Shown here: in pieces, positions 18,740-28,310 of the stretch | Numbering within the stretch: the stretch's first letter is position 1 | Layout of the letters: each line of letters opens with the position of its first letter | From: Gemmatimonadota bacterium | GTDB lineage: Bacteria > Gemmatimonadota > Gemmatimonadetes > Gemmatimonadales > GWC2-71-9 | Reading direction: 5' to 3' | Length of the DNA stretch: 64,000 nucleotides | Assembly: GCA_036679605.1 (NCBI GenBank) | Contig: JAZDCZ010000123.1 | Coordinates: 34,571-98,570, forward strand | Translations under genes and position numbers: made by a program | Notes under the pieces: model-generated | Seen by the model: the letters and a program-made list of their open reading frames with translations, nothing else | Databases searched by the model: none | What the model was told of the DNA's origin: nothing

Positions 18740-19363
18740 TCACCGGCGCTTCAATTCGAGTTCCAATTTCACCGCCCTATTACTGCCAACGACAACGCTC
18801 TTCTCCAGCGGCCTCGTCCTTCTGTGCCACACCCGCAACGTGTATCGGCCTGGAGGAACACCCTCAATACGAAAGCGACCGTTCCTCTGAGCTAGGGTAT
18901 GGTATCGTGTCGGCGCCACAATTATGTACGCCGCCATCTCTGGATGCACATGACAAAGAATCACACGGATACCAGGTTGGTAGAACGTGTGGTACTTGGA
19001 CAAGTGCCGAGGATATGTCCCCAGATTGAAACCGTCACCCGAGCGCCCAGGGCTGAACACGTTATGGAGGATTGGATCACTGTTACGGAATTCAACTACC
19101 GCGCCGGGCCGCACTACCAGGATGGACGGAACAAAGCGCAAGTTGACCTGATCTACTACGACACGCTGTTCTTCTGGTGGACTCGACGTTTCTGGTGTTG
19201 ATACTAGATAGACAACCGCATTCTCCATGGACACGCCTTGAGCGTAGACGACTCCTGCTACTACACCCGATCCTGCTGGCTGCTGGAGCGATGCACCCGC
19301 CAATAGCATCAGAGCCGATGATATAAGGTGATCAACCACGGGGTTCTGCGCCGGTTGAGTCAC
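18740..19363 (-). CDS. Secreted cupredoxin-like/carboxypeptidase-regulatory-like protein
   Basis: DQVNLRFVP...NSDPILHNVFS...LCHVHPEM...VPPGRYTLRVWH. Start uncertain. Confidence 0.75.
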   Translation of the reverse strand: MTQPAQNPVVDHLISSALMLLAGASLQQPAGSGVVAGVVYAQGVSMENAVVYLVSTPETSSPPEEQRVVVDQVNLRFVPSILVVRPGAVVEFRNSDPILHNVFSPGRSGDGFNLGTYPRHLSKYHTFYQPGIRVILCHVHPEMAAYIIVAPTRYHTLAQRNGRFRIEGVPPGRYTLRVWHRRTRPLEKSVVVGSNRAVKLELELKRR

Positions 19364-20729
19364 GATGGTCTTTCAGCCACCTATGGAGTGTGCGTCGACT
19401 CAAGCCGGCCTGGCGTGCTGCTTCGGAGATATTTCCGTTGCTGCGCTCGAGCAATCCTCTCACGTAACGGGCCTGAAACTGCCGCAACATCTCCTCGCGT
19501 GCTTCTTCATAGGGAAGCTGTGCCGTATCTGGTGCTTCGTTCGATAACATGGCCTCCGGTCGAAGAGCAGCAGGCAAATCTGCCAGGGTAACACGTCCAT
19601 CGTGATCTAGTACGACCATCCGCTGCGCGAGATTCTTCAGCTCACGCACGTTTCCCGGCCACGCGTAGCTCTCGAGCGCATCCCACGCTTCGCGAGATAC
19701 CTTGGGAGGTGTTGTGCCTTCTGCGGCTGAGTATTGAGCAAGAAAATTCTGCGCCAGCACCACGATGTCGCCGCGCCGTTCCCGGAGTGGGGGCAAATGC
19801 AACGGCACCACGTTGAGTCGATAATAGAGATCCTCTCGGAACTGGCCATTGGATAATGCAGACTCCATGTCGGCGTTTGTGGCAGAGATTATCCTCACGT
19901 CGATGTCTATTAATGTTGAACTTCCAAGCCGCCGGATCTGCCGCTCCTCCAACACGCGCAGCAACTTCGACTGCAGCGGCTGGCCGAGTTCGGTAATCTC
20001 GTCGAGGAAAGCCGTACCGCCATTCGCATTCTCAAAGAGGCCCGTTCTCCTGGAATCGGCACCTGTGAAAGCACCTCGCTCGTGGCCAAAGAGTTCGCTC
20101 TCCAACAAGCCATCGGGTAGAGCTGCGCAGTCGATTGGTACGAACGGTCCGTCACTGCGTGTGCTGTGCGAGTGTAGGTAACGGGCCATGAGTTCCTTGC
20201 CCGTTCCGCTCTCTCCGGTAATGAGAACGTTTGCGTTCTTGGGAGCGACTTTCCTAGCGTGATCCATCAACTTCTGTAACGCGGTGCTGGAACCGACGAT
20301 CTCATCATCGCTTGCTCCGCGGGCAACTTGCTCACGGAGCATGCGATTCTCGACGGATACAGTGCGATGCCGTATCGCCCGCTGTACCGCGACCACCAGC
20401 TGCTCCCTCGAGAATGGTTTTGTGAGATAGTCAAATGCCCCTTCACCAATCGCATGGACCGCGGACGCCACCGTCGCATAGGCGGTCATCATGATCACGG
20501 GCAATGCGGGATCCTCCGCAAGCGCCACCATGAGTAATGTCATACCATCGGTGCCCGGTAGTCGCAGATCCAACAGGAGAACATCTGGTTCGATCTCTGC
20601 AAAAACCTTTCGAAACTCCCAGGGATCTGCGAGACTCCGGCAATTGTATCCCTCACGTGTTAGCAAGCGCTCGCAGTTCTCCAACATTGCCGGCTCATCG
20701 TCTACAATCAGTATCTTCACGCCTTCCAT
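19332..20729 (-). CDS. NtrC-family sigma54-dependent response regulator
   Basis: Receiver (ILIVDDE, LLDLRLP), GESGTGKE, GAFTGA, FREDLYYRL, WPGNVREL, Fis-type HTH. Start re-placed at ATG 20729. Confidence 0.95.
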   Translation of the reverse strand: MEGVKILIVDDEPAMLENCERLLTREGYNCRSLADPWEFRKVFAEIEPDVLLLDLRLPGTDGMTLLMVALAEDPALPVIMMTAYATVASAVHAIGEGAFDYLTKPFSREQLVVAVQRAIRHRTVSVENRMLREQVARGASDDEIVGSSTALQKLMDHARKVAPKNANVLITGESGTGKELMARYLHSHSTRSDGPFVPIDCAALPDGLLESELFGHERGAFTGADSRRTGLFENANGGTAFLDEITELGQPLQSKLLRVLEERQIRRLGSSTLIDIDVRIISATNADMESALSNGQFREDLYYRLNVVPLHLPPLRERRGDIVVLAQNFLAQYSAAEGTTPPKVSREAWDALESYAWPGNVRELKNLAQRMVVLDHDGRVTLADLPAALRPEAMLSNEAPDTAQLPYEEAREEMLRQFQARYVRGLLERSNGNISEAARQAGLSRRTLHRWLKDHRDSTGAEPRG

Positions 20730-23002
20730 ATGCCCTCGGGTACTCCTAGTGGCAGCGCAACAATGAAGCGACTTCCTGCACCTTTGCCGCTTTCGACCCA
20801 AATCCTGCCGCCATGCCGTTCGACAACACTACGACACACTGCCAGGCCGAGCCCAGTGCCGCGTCCTGCTGCCTTTGTGGTAAAGAACGGTTCAAAGACC
20901 TTGGCACGTAGCTCACTTGGAACCCCGGAACCCGTGTCAGTAACCGACATCTCGATTTCGTCGCTACCGGTCTGATGGACGTCGAGCGTGACGGTACCGC
21001 CTCGGGGTGTGGCATCTGCCGCGTTCAAGAGCAGATTCATCAGGACGGTTTCAATAGCATTCTCACTTCCCCGCGGAGACGGCAGCTCTTGCTGAACCAC
21101 GAGGTCAAGGTGGATATCCCTCGACGCAAATGTCCGACTGAGCAACCGCGTGAGACGTTCCGACACCGCCCCGAGCGGAATCATGCCGAGGTCTCCTTCA
21201 TCATCGTGTGCGAACCGCAACAGATCGCGAGTGACCTCGCCCAATCGATTGGCGTGTTCGCGCAACACCGTCAGATCTCCGTCCAGAAAGCATTCGGGAC
21301 ATCTCTCAGATACCTCACCCTCCATGCACTCGATGCGATTAGCAATCACTGCAAGCGGGTTATTCAGCTCGTGAGCCAGTCCTGCTGCCATGACACTCAC
21401 CGCCGAGAGACGCTCTGACCGCCTCATTTGCTCCTCGAGTTTCTTCTGTGCTCTTGCGTCACGCAGAATCAGGGAGTATCCGATCGGGACTCCTTCATCG
21501 TCCCGAATCAGCGTTTCGGTCAAGCTCACGGGAAAAGGAGAACCATCTTTCGGTGTACGCCGTGTCTGCAGATTTACGACGGAGCCCCGTTTCAAGAGTT
21601 CTCGTTCGATGAACGCGGCTTCAGCCTGGGAGTCTTCATCACGTGGGAGAAGAAGCTTGTCGATGCTCTGATCGAGGGCTTCTGTTACTGTAAATCCGAA
21701 CAACGTCTCCGCACCATGATTCCACACGCGAACTCGTCCATCGAGACCGAGTCCCACAATAGCATCGGCCGACCGCTCGAGGATATCTGCGAGTTCCGCG
21801 TGCGTTTCAGCAAGTGCGCGGGTGCGCTCCTCTACCAATTCCTCTAGCCTAGCGCGGTGCTCCGTCAGTTGCGTTGCCATGTCCGAGAAATCGGCCGCAA
21901 GGTCCTCGAGTTCATCGTTGGTGGAGATGGTCAGGGGAACACCGGGTATCCCCCGTGCCAACCTCCGGGCCTCCTGGCTAAGCTGATAGATCGGTTGAGT
22001 GAATTGGCGGGCGGCGAGTACCGCCAAACCCAACACGAGAACAAGGACGGCGAGCCCACCCACAGTAGCCCATCGTCGTAAGGTTGTCACAGATGCCTCA
22101 AACGATTCCCTGGCCACAACCCTATACAGTACCGGCGATTGAATTCCGGACTCTGAAAGATGCAATGGAACAAAGCTCACGATCCCATGAGTCCGCGTGC
22201 TTATCGTTCCCTCTCGCCTAGATAGAAGAGAATCCACCACCTCCGACGGAAGATCGTTTCGGATGTCGGCTTCACCTCGTGATATCAGCAAACTTGTCCA
22301 GTCCGGCTTTCGCGCCGAGTGATACAGCAAGAGCCCGTCTCCACTCACGAGTCCTGTCACTCCTCTTAGATTCGGGGACCCCTCCTCGAGGCCGGCAAAC
22401 AAGACCGATGCATATGCCTCACCTATTACGGCGCCAAGAAACGTCCCGTCGCTTCCCCAGATCGGTAGCACAATAGCAACCGCTGGCAGTGTGGCGACGG
22501 AATCCTCAGCGCCGGCGTCCCGACGCAATTCCACCGGCAGCATGAGTCGCTCGCCCGGCACCAATGCAGAGGCACGGACTGAGTAGTAGAGACTCCCACC
22601 GGTGGTTCCGCCACCGGTACCGCGAACTCCGAACAGAAGTCTGCCGTCTGGATCGATGACTTTGATTTGAAATAACGCCGGGTCAAATGTGAGAAAAGCT
22701 GAGAGTTCAGCAGCTATCTCAGCGCGGCGTGCCTGGCTGACCTCACCGAACAGGGCCTCCAGATATGATTCTGAGAGATAGGCGACGTCCCGCTCGACAT
22801 CCTGCAGAGATCTCTCCGTCTGACCCCGGGCCATCGCCAGATCGTGCTCCAAGGTTGCCGTCGCGAGTGCTCGAAGCTGGCGGACTGTTGTCTCAGTAGC
22901 CAGGCCCGCGACGACGGCTAGCGGGACGATCGCCAGCAAAGCAAATGCTATTACGAGCTTCAGTCGTATAGAAAGCCGCGGAAACAGCTTGTTCAAATTC
23001 AT
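20717..23002 (-). CDS. Membrane sensor histidine kinase (periplasmic sensor, HAMP, PAS, HisKA, HATPase)
   Basis: AHELNNPL, NLLLNAADA, DTGSG, FEPFFTTK..GTGLGL; two TM helices. Confidence 0.95.
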   Translation of the reverse strand: MNLNKLFPRLSIRLKLVIAFALLAIVPLAVVAGLATETTVRQLRALATATLEHDLAMARGQTERSLQDVERDVAYLSESYLEALFGEVSQARRAEIAAELSAFLTFDPALFQIKVIDPDGRLLFGVRGTGGGTTGGSLYYSVRASALVPGERLMLPVELRRDAGAEDSVATLPAVAIVLPIWGSDGTFLGAVIGEAYASVLFAGLEEGSPNLRGVTGLVSGDGLLLYHSARKPDWTSLLISRGEADIRNDLPSEVVDSLLSRREGTISTRTHGIVSFVPLHLSESGIQSPVLYRVVARESFEASVTTLRRWATVGGLAVLVLVLGLAVLAARQFTQPIYQLSQEARRLARGIPGVPLTISTNDELEDLAADFSDMATQLTEHRARLEELVEERTRALAETHAELADILERSADAIVGLGLDGRVRVWNHGAETLFGFTVTEALDQSIDKLLLPRDEDSQAEAAFIERELLKRGSVVNLQTRRTPKDGSPFPVSLTETLIRDDEGVPIGYSLILRDARAQKKLEEQMRRSERLSAVSVMAAGLAHELNNPLAVIANRIECMEGEVSERCPECFLDGDLTVLREHANRLGEVTRDLLRFAHDDEGDLGMIPLGAVSERLTRLLSRTFASRDIHLDLVVQQELPSPRGSENAIETVLMNLLLNAADATPRGGTVTLDVHQTGSDEIEMSVTDTGSGVPSELRAKVFEPFFTTKAAGRGTGLGLAVCRSVVERHGGRIWVESGKGAGSRFIVALPLGVPEGIWKA

Positions 23003-23137
23003 AGCTGCTGCAGCCGTCCGTCCTCGGCCGCACCCGAGTCAGCAAGAGATCCTGAGCAGAGCAGGTCCACAATCGCACTCCCCCGAAGAACAACATCTGT
23101 GACACAGTGTGTCCCAACTAAGAATCAAGCCGGATCA

Positions 23138-23167
23138 CTGTGAAGGAGGTGTTAATATTTTGTGAAC
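23138..23167. promoter_or_regulatory. 11-bp-period direct repeats (CTGTGAAG/GTGTTAAT/TTGTGAAC)
   Basis: Units at 23138, 23149, 23160, upstream of the kinase gene. Confidence 0.5.
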
Positions 23168-23203
23168 AAGTACTAAGACTGCCGTCCGGCCTCGATCAGT
23201 TCT

Positions 23204-23929
23204 CTAGCCACCACGCCGACGTGGTGTCTTCTCGAGGGCCTCAGAAATCCAAAACAGATAGCCCGAAGGATAGGAAGGTTGCTGAATGTGAAACGAGTTA
23301 TGCTCGAAGAGTAGACGCATCAGACGGGGGAATTCGAACCGCGGATCTCCGGGACCGATCAGTTCGACCGCGCCGTTGAGCTGATAGCTTAGGTACTCCG
23401 GACCGGGGCCAGTGTAATGCACCGCCATCACCGGATTTCGGATGAGATTCTGATAGGTTTGCCCTTCGAAGATCTCGACGAGTCCGAGCTTGCGCGCATC
23501 GACGTGATCTGGGTTGGCATACAAACGCTTCGCGACGGCTACGCGATCGGATTGACTCTCTTCCCACGGTTTGCCGCTCGCACGCTCAAGGCAATCGTTG
23601 AAGATCTCGACATACTCCGCGAGATACTCTTCTTTGGGTAGCAAGCCGGTAGCCTTCGTGGCAGTGTGAATTGGGAAATCACGGTCACTGTTGATGGTCG
23701 CCACAACAGGCAGGTGAGCGTGAAATGCGGAGATGCGCTCTTTCTTTTCGATGCTGTCGAACATCGCAAGCCGTGCATCGAGCTGCCAACTCAGAAACTT
23801 GTCCGGCATCTGACAGATATCGTAACTCTTGGTACCGGAGTCGGTGGTAACCGTCAGTCTCTCGCCACTGACACAGACATCGGACATTGCAGTCGTCATT
23901 AGAGTCTCCAGAACTTGGGTTGTTGCCAC
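23204..23929 (-). CDS. Pyridoxamine-5'-phosphate-oxidase-like FMN-binding protein
   Basis: AHLPVVAT...KATGLLPK...LVEIFEGQTYQNLIRNP...SYQLNGAVE, consistent with a split-barrel pattern. Confidence 0.5.
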   Translation of the reverse strand: MATTQVLETLMTTAMSDVCVSGERLTVTTDSGTKSYDICQMPDKFLSWQLDARLAMFDSIEKKERISAFHAHLPVVATINSDRDFPIHTATKATGLLPKEEYLAEYVEIFNDCLERASGKPWEESQSDRVAVAKRLYANPDHVDARKLGLVEIFEGQTYQNLIRNPVMAVHYTGPGPEYLSYQLNGAVELIGPGDPRFEFPRLMRLLFEHNSFHIQQPSYPSGYLFWISEALEKTPRRRGG

Positions 23930-23992
23930 TCAGTCCACACATCCAAGAAAGAAGGATCGCTTGGGATGGGACCATGTAACTAAACCGGACCA

Positions 23993-24022
23993 CTATGAAG
24001 AAGACATTAAGATTCTGTGAAC
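23993..24022. promoter_or_regulatory. 11-bp-period direct repeats (CTATGAAG/ACATTAAG/CTGTGAAC)
   Basis: Units at 23993, 24004, 24015 in a divergent intergenic region. Confidence 0.5.
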
Positions 24023-24098
24023 TGGAAATCGGCACGCGAGCGGTTCATCTTGTCTCGGTGCATTCCTCAAAGTTGCTACAGCCTCTGGAGGAGACCAA

Positions 24099-27000
24099 AT
24101 GATACGGGATCAGCCCCGTCCAGTCACAGATATGGAGATAGAAAGCAAACAGGGGATTTGCGGAATTTGTCCGGCGGGCTGTTGGGTTGAGGTCGGTCTT
24201 GAGGACGGCCGTTTGGTCAACATCCAGGCGGCAAAGGGTCATCCGCTAGGCATGATCTGCCGGCGAGGACAACACGCTCCAGAGATCATCTACTCGGAAC
24301 ATCGCATAAAGTATCCGCAGCGACGGGTGGGTCCCAAGGGAAGTCACGAGTTCGAGCGCATTGGCTGGGAAGAAGCCTACGACACAATCGTTGCCCGCCT
24401 AAACCACATCAAAGAAGAATCCGGCCCCGAGGCCGTGGCTATCTACACGGGGCGTGGAGCGTTTGAACTGTCTCTGTGCGACACATTTCAGCCCAAGGGA
24501 GTCGCGGTCTCATCGGCCTCCAGTGTTCTGTTCCCCTTCGGTTCACCCAATACTATGGGCGTTGGCGCTCTATGCTACGTGTCCTTCGCAATGATTGCTC
24601 CACACGTGACCATGGGGCGGATGTTGGTCGACATGTTCTCCGACATAGAGAACTCAGAGTTGCTCCTGGTCTGGGGTGCGAATCCCGCTACCGATTCACC
24701 TCCCTTGGACATGCACCGGCTCCAAGCAGCCGCAAGGCGCGGTGCGGAGATAGTGGTCATCGATCCCCGCCGCACAGAGACCGCACAACTGACCGGCGCC
24801 CGGTGGATTCCGATCCGCCCTGGTACTGACGGAGCGCTGGCGTTAGGCATGATCGCAGTCATGATCGAGGAAGATTTATACGACGAGGATTTCGCCGATA
24901 ATTGGTGTCACGGATTCGACGGACTTGCAACCTACGTGCAACATTTCCGGCCAGACGTGGTTGAACGAATCACGGGCGTACCTGCGTCGTTCGTCCGCGA
25001 CATGGCACGGCGGATCTGCAGCGCAACCGGTGCGTGCCCGTTGATGTACACCGGTCTGGAATACTCGAACAGCGGCGTACAGGCAATTCGAGCCGTGCTG
25101 ACACTCTTCGCGCTCGGCGGACAACTCGATGTGCCGGGAGGCATCGGACTCGCCATGCTGGACACTCACTTCCCCGTCAATCGGTCAGATAACCTGCCGA
25201 ACCCGAATCTCGATCTGGCCGTTGCACGGGACAAATTCCCTATCTACAGCGACTATAGGGGAGAGTCTCACGCCAGCGGTCTCATCGACTCCGTCATTCG
25301 AGGGGAGCCCTACCGAATCCGAGGATTGATCGTCCAAGGTGCTTCGATTCTCACCTCCTGGCCACAGACGGAGGTCTGGCGCGAGACTCTGTCGACATTG
25401 GATTTCCTCGTATGCATCGATCGGCAACTGACGGCCGATGCAGCATACGCTGATATCGTGCTCCCCGCCACTACGATGTTCGAAATCAATTCCTACATGG
25501 CCTATGGCCCCATTTTCCGGCTTCGCGAGGCACTCATTGAGCCGGTCGGAGAGGCCAGAAACGACTGTCTCATAATGGTCGAACTCGCTGCGCGACTGGG
25601 CTACGGTCACTTGTATCCGCAAAGCGAGGAGGCCGTGATCCGATCGGCGCTTCGCGGCTCGGGTTACAGTCTGGAGGACGTCCAAGCTGCTGGAGGGTCG
25701 GTAAGAATTCCGACCCCGATGATGGAGTACCGCAAATGGCAGAAGGGAGGGCTCCGAGCGGACGGGCAACCGGGGTTCGCGACTCCCACAGGAAAGTTCG
25801 AGATTCACTCAACCGTTTTGGAAGATTATGGATACGAGCCGCTTCCCAAGTACGTAGAGCCAATGGAAGGTCCGCTACAGGACCCGGCGACGGCCGAAAC
25901 GTTTCCACTTGTGTTCAACTCCGGTGCGCGACCGCAGACGGACTTCCGGTCACAACATCACGGAGTGGCAGGTCTGGCTAAGGAACACCCCGAGCCGACT
26001 GTCAACCTGAATGTCCATGACGCCCGTTCGCGAGCGATACAGTCAGGCGATTTGGTCGAGGTGCGCACCAAGCGCGGTGCAGTCACGTTCCGCGCCAGCG
26101 TGGACGAGAACATTGTGAAGGGTGCCGTCGAGTGCAGCATGGGCGGTGGCACTCCCGTCGGTCCGACGGCCTGGCGTGAGTGGAACGTCAATCTCCTCAC
26201 AGACATGTCGAACTACGACGAGATATCAGGTTTCCCAGTCTTCAAAGCACTGCTTTGCGAAGTCGTGAAGGTCAAGAATGGCTCGCATTTGGCACCAGTT
26301 GAGATAGGGCAACTGCGCGAAGTACCTCCCACGTCAAAGGCCACGGAAAGACGAATCTACCTGGACAACAACGCGACCACACGTGTAGCAGATGCCGTGG
26401 GTGACGTGATGCAGCCCTATCTACAGAGCCGGCACGGCAATCCTTCCAGCATTCACAGTACTGGTCGCGACGCGCGAGAAGGAACGGAGAAGGCGCGACG
26501 TCAGGTGGCGGCGTTGATCAACTGCCGGCCTAGGCGTGTGATCTTTACGGGAGGCGGCTCAGAGGCAGACAATCTTGCACTCAAGGGAATCGCCCACGCT
26601 TACAGAAAGAGCGGGAACCACATCATCACGAGTCGGATCGAGCATCCTGCCGTTCTCAACGCGTGCGAGAGCCTAGGTCGGACGGGATACAGCATCACCT
26701 ACTTGCCCGTGGATGAACACGGGTCTGTTGATCCCGTCGATCTCGCTCAGGCTATCACACCTGACACGATTCTCGTATCCATAATGCTGGCCAACAACGA
26801 GGTTGGGACGGTTCAGCCTATCGGCGAGTTGTGCCACATTGCGCATGAGAAGGGAATCTTGTTCCACACCGACGCAGTTCAAGCGGCTGGAAAGATCCCC
26901 ATCGACGTTGAAGAGATGAGCGTAGACTTGCTCACGCTTTCGGCCCACAAGTTCCATGGGCCCAAGGGCGTAGGTGCTCTATATCTCAAGAAAGGGATAC

Positions 27001-27506
27001 GACTCGAACCACTGATTCACGGTGGTCAACAGGAGGGCGGGTTGCGCGGCGGTACGGAAAACGTCCCTGGGATTGTGGGCATGGGGCAAGCGGCTGAGTT
27101 GGCGCGGAGCACATTACGTAGCTCGCCGGCCGTAGAGCAACTTCGAGATCAACTCGAAGCAGGCATTCGAGAATTCGTACCGAACGTCAAGCTCAACGGC
27201 CCAGCGCATAACAGACTTCCTAACACACTCAACGTCACCCTTCCAGAACTACGAGGTGAATCAGTCGTGATCGCGCTCGACCAGCACGGGATCTCTCTCT
27301 CTTCGGGCTCGGCATGCAAATCTGGATCGCCGAAGCCGACGCATGTGTTGATGGCGATGGGAAGAACTGAGGCCGACGCTCATTGCGCGCTGCGATTCTC
27401 GCTGTCGCACTACACAACTCGCGACGACATAGACACTACGTTGTCCGCGCTCGCCCACGTCCTCCATGAGATGGCGACCACCGTGAGGTTTCTACCCTGT
27501 AAGTAA
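24099..27506 (+). CDS. Mo/W-bisPGD oxidoreductase fused to an IscS/NifS-type cysteine desulfurase
   Basis: CGICPAGC...C (FS0 cluster), WGANP, VIDPRRTETA, PIRPGTDGAL, ADIVLPA; then IYLDNNATT, HTDAVQA, SAHKFHGPKG, SSGSAC. One uninterrupted ORF. Confidence 0.9.
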   Translation: MIRDQPRPVTDMEIESKQGICGICPAGCWVEVGLEDGRLVNIQAAKGHPLGMICRRGQHAPEIIYSEHRIKYPQRRVGPKGSHEFERIGWEEAYDTIVARLNHIKEESGPEAVAIYTGRGAFELSLCDTFQPKGVAVSSASSVLFPFGSPNTMGVGALCYVSFAMIAPHVTMGRMLVDMFSDIENSELLLVWGANPATDSPPLDMHRLQAAARRGAEIVVIDPRRTETAQLTGARWIPIRPGTDGALALGMIAVMIEEDLYDEDFADNWCHGFDGLATYVQHFRPDVVERITGVPASFVRDMARRICSATGACPLMYTGLEYSNSGVQAIRAVLTLFALGGQLDVPGGIGLAMLDTHFPVNRSDNLPNPNLDLAVARDKFPIYSDYRGESHASGLIDSVIRGEPYRIRGLIVQGASILTSWPQTEVWRETLSTLDFLVCIDRQLTADAAYADIVLPATTMFEINSYMAYGPIFRLREALIEPVGEARNDCLIMVELAARLGYGHLYPQSEEAVIRSALRGSGYSLEDVQAAGGSVRIPTPMMEYRKWQKGGLRADGQPGFATPTGKFEIHSTVLEDYGYEPLPKYVEPMEGPLQDPATAETFPLVFNSGARPQTDFRSQHHGVAGLAKEHPEPTVNLNVHDARSRAIQSGDLVEVRTKRGAVTFRASVDENIVKGAVECSMGGGTPVGPTAWREWNVNLLTDMSNYDEISGFPVFKALLCEVVKVKNGSHLAPVEIGQLREVPPTSKATERRIYLDNNATTRVADAVGDVMQPYLQSRHGNPSSIHSTGRDAREGTEKARRQVAALINCRPRRVIFTGGGSEADNLALKGIAHAYRKSGNHIITSRIEHPAVLNACESLGRTGYSITYLPVDEHGSVDPVDLAQAITPDTILVSIMLANNEVGTVQPIGELCHIAHEKGILFHTDAVQAAGKIPIDVEEMSVDLLTLSAHKFHGPKGVGALYLKKGIRLEPLIHGGQQEGGLRGGTENVPGIVGMGQAAELARSTLRSSPAVEQLRDQLEAGIREFVPNVKLNGPAHNRLPNTLNVTLPELRGESVVIALDQHGISLSSGSACKSGSPKPTHVLMAMGRTEADAHCALRFSLSHYTTRDDIDTTLSALAHVLHEMATTVRFLPCK

Positions 27507-27534
27507 GCAGAATGCGGCAGAGCGAATCGCAATC

Positions 27535-28251
27535 TTAACGAGACATGCCGGCAACCACCTGCCTTGGAGCTACCCGGGATATCACTGCCCCTACAATATC
27601 GTCCGCCTTCCAACCGTTTTTCTCGTATTCGGGAAAGAGAGGGTCAGGTGCCCCATCCGGCTCGCCGTGACACGGTAGGCACCCGTCGGTGGCCTTGATC
27701 GGCTCTGCATAATAGTAGGCTTCGGGAAGCGAGCGCTCCTCTCTTGGGCTACCGTCTTGGATTGCACGTAGCATTCCGCGCGCGACCGAATCTCCCCGAT
27801 TGTTGTCGTTTCGCGGATCTTGAACTACCATCTTAACCCACGCCCTGCCGCCAGTTGCGCCAGGCACGACTTCGGCGAAAACTCTATCCGCGACCGCAGC
27901 CGGGAGAATCGTGTTCTTCGCGAGCCAACGCTGATAGAGCAGATTGACGCCCGGGAATCGCGTCTGTGCCCTGTTGTAGTGGTCCCCGATGACCGCTCGT
28001 GTCTTGAGTTCGAGCTTGACCAGCAAGTATGCCAGTTCCTCGTCGCCCGTCTTCTGCAGGTAGCTGGTTTCGTCTGGAGCGGCTTCCGGGGCTGCGCCCG
28101 GCCCGGCCCGCACAATCGCTAACAGCGCCACTCCAAATAGCAAGAACATGGCGAACAACGCCACCGCAACACCCCTTTGCACGTCTTTCTTTTGCACCCC
28201 TTGTCTCCTCGTCTCGATTCTGGCGGATGAGAGCTTCACGTCCGACATCAC
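27535..28251 (-). CDS. Membrane-anchored DUF3365/Tll0287-like c-type heme protein
   Basis: TM helix; PRN.NN.GD...YYYAEPI...CLPCHG....GWKADDIVGAV. Confidence 0.75.
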   Translation of the reverse strand: MMSDVKLSSARIETRRQGVQKKDVQRGVAVALFAMFLLFGVALLAIVRAGPGAAPEAAPDETSYLQKTGDEELAYLLVKLELKTRAVIGDHYNRAQTRFPGVNLLYQRWLAKNTILPAAVADRVFAEVVPGATGGRAWVKMVVQDPRNDNNRGDSVARGMLRAIQDGSPREERSLPEAYYYAEPIKATDGCLPCHGEPDGAPDPLFPEYEKNGWKADDIVGAVISRVAPRQVVAGMSR

Positions 28252-28310
28252 GCACGCACGTGTCGCGTCGTCGGTCAGTCGACCGATGAGTGCGGGAGTA
28301 TAGTGCGGGG

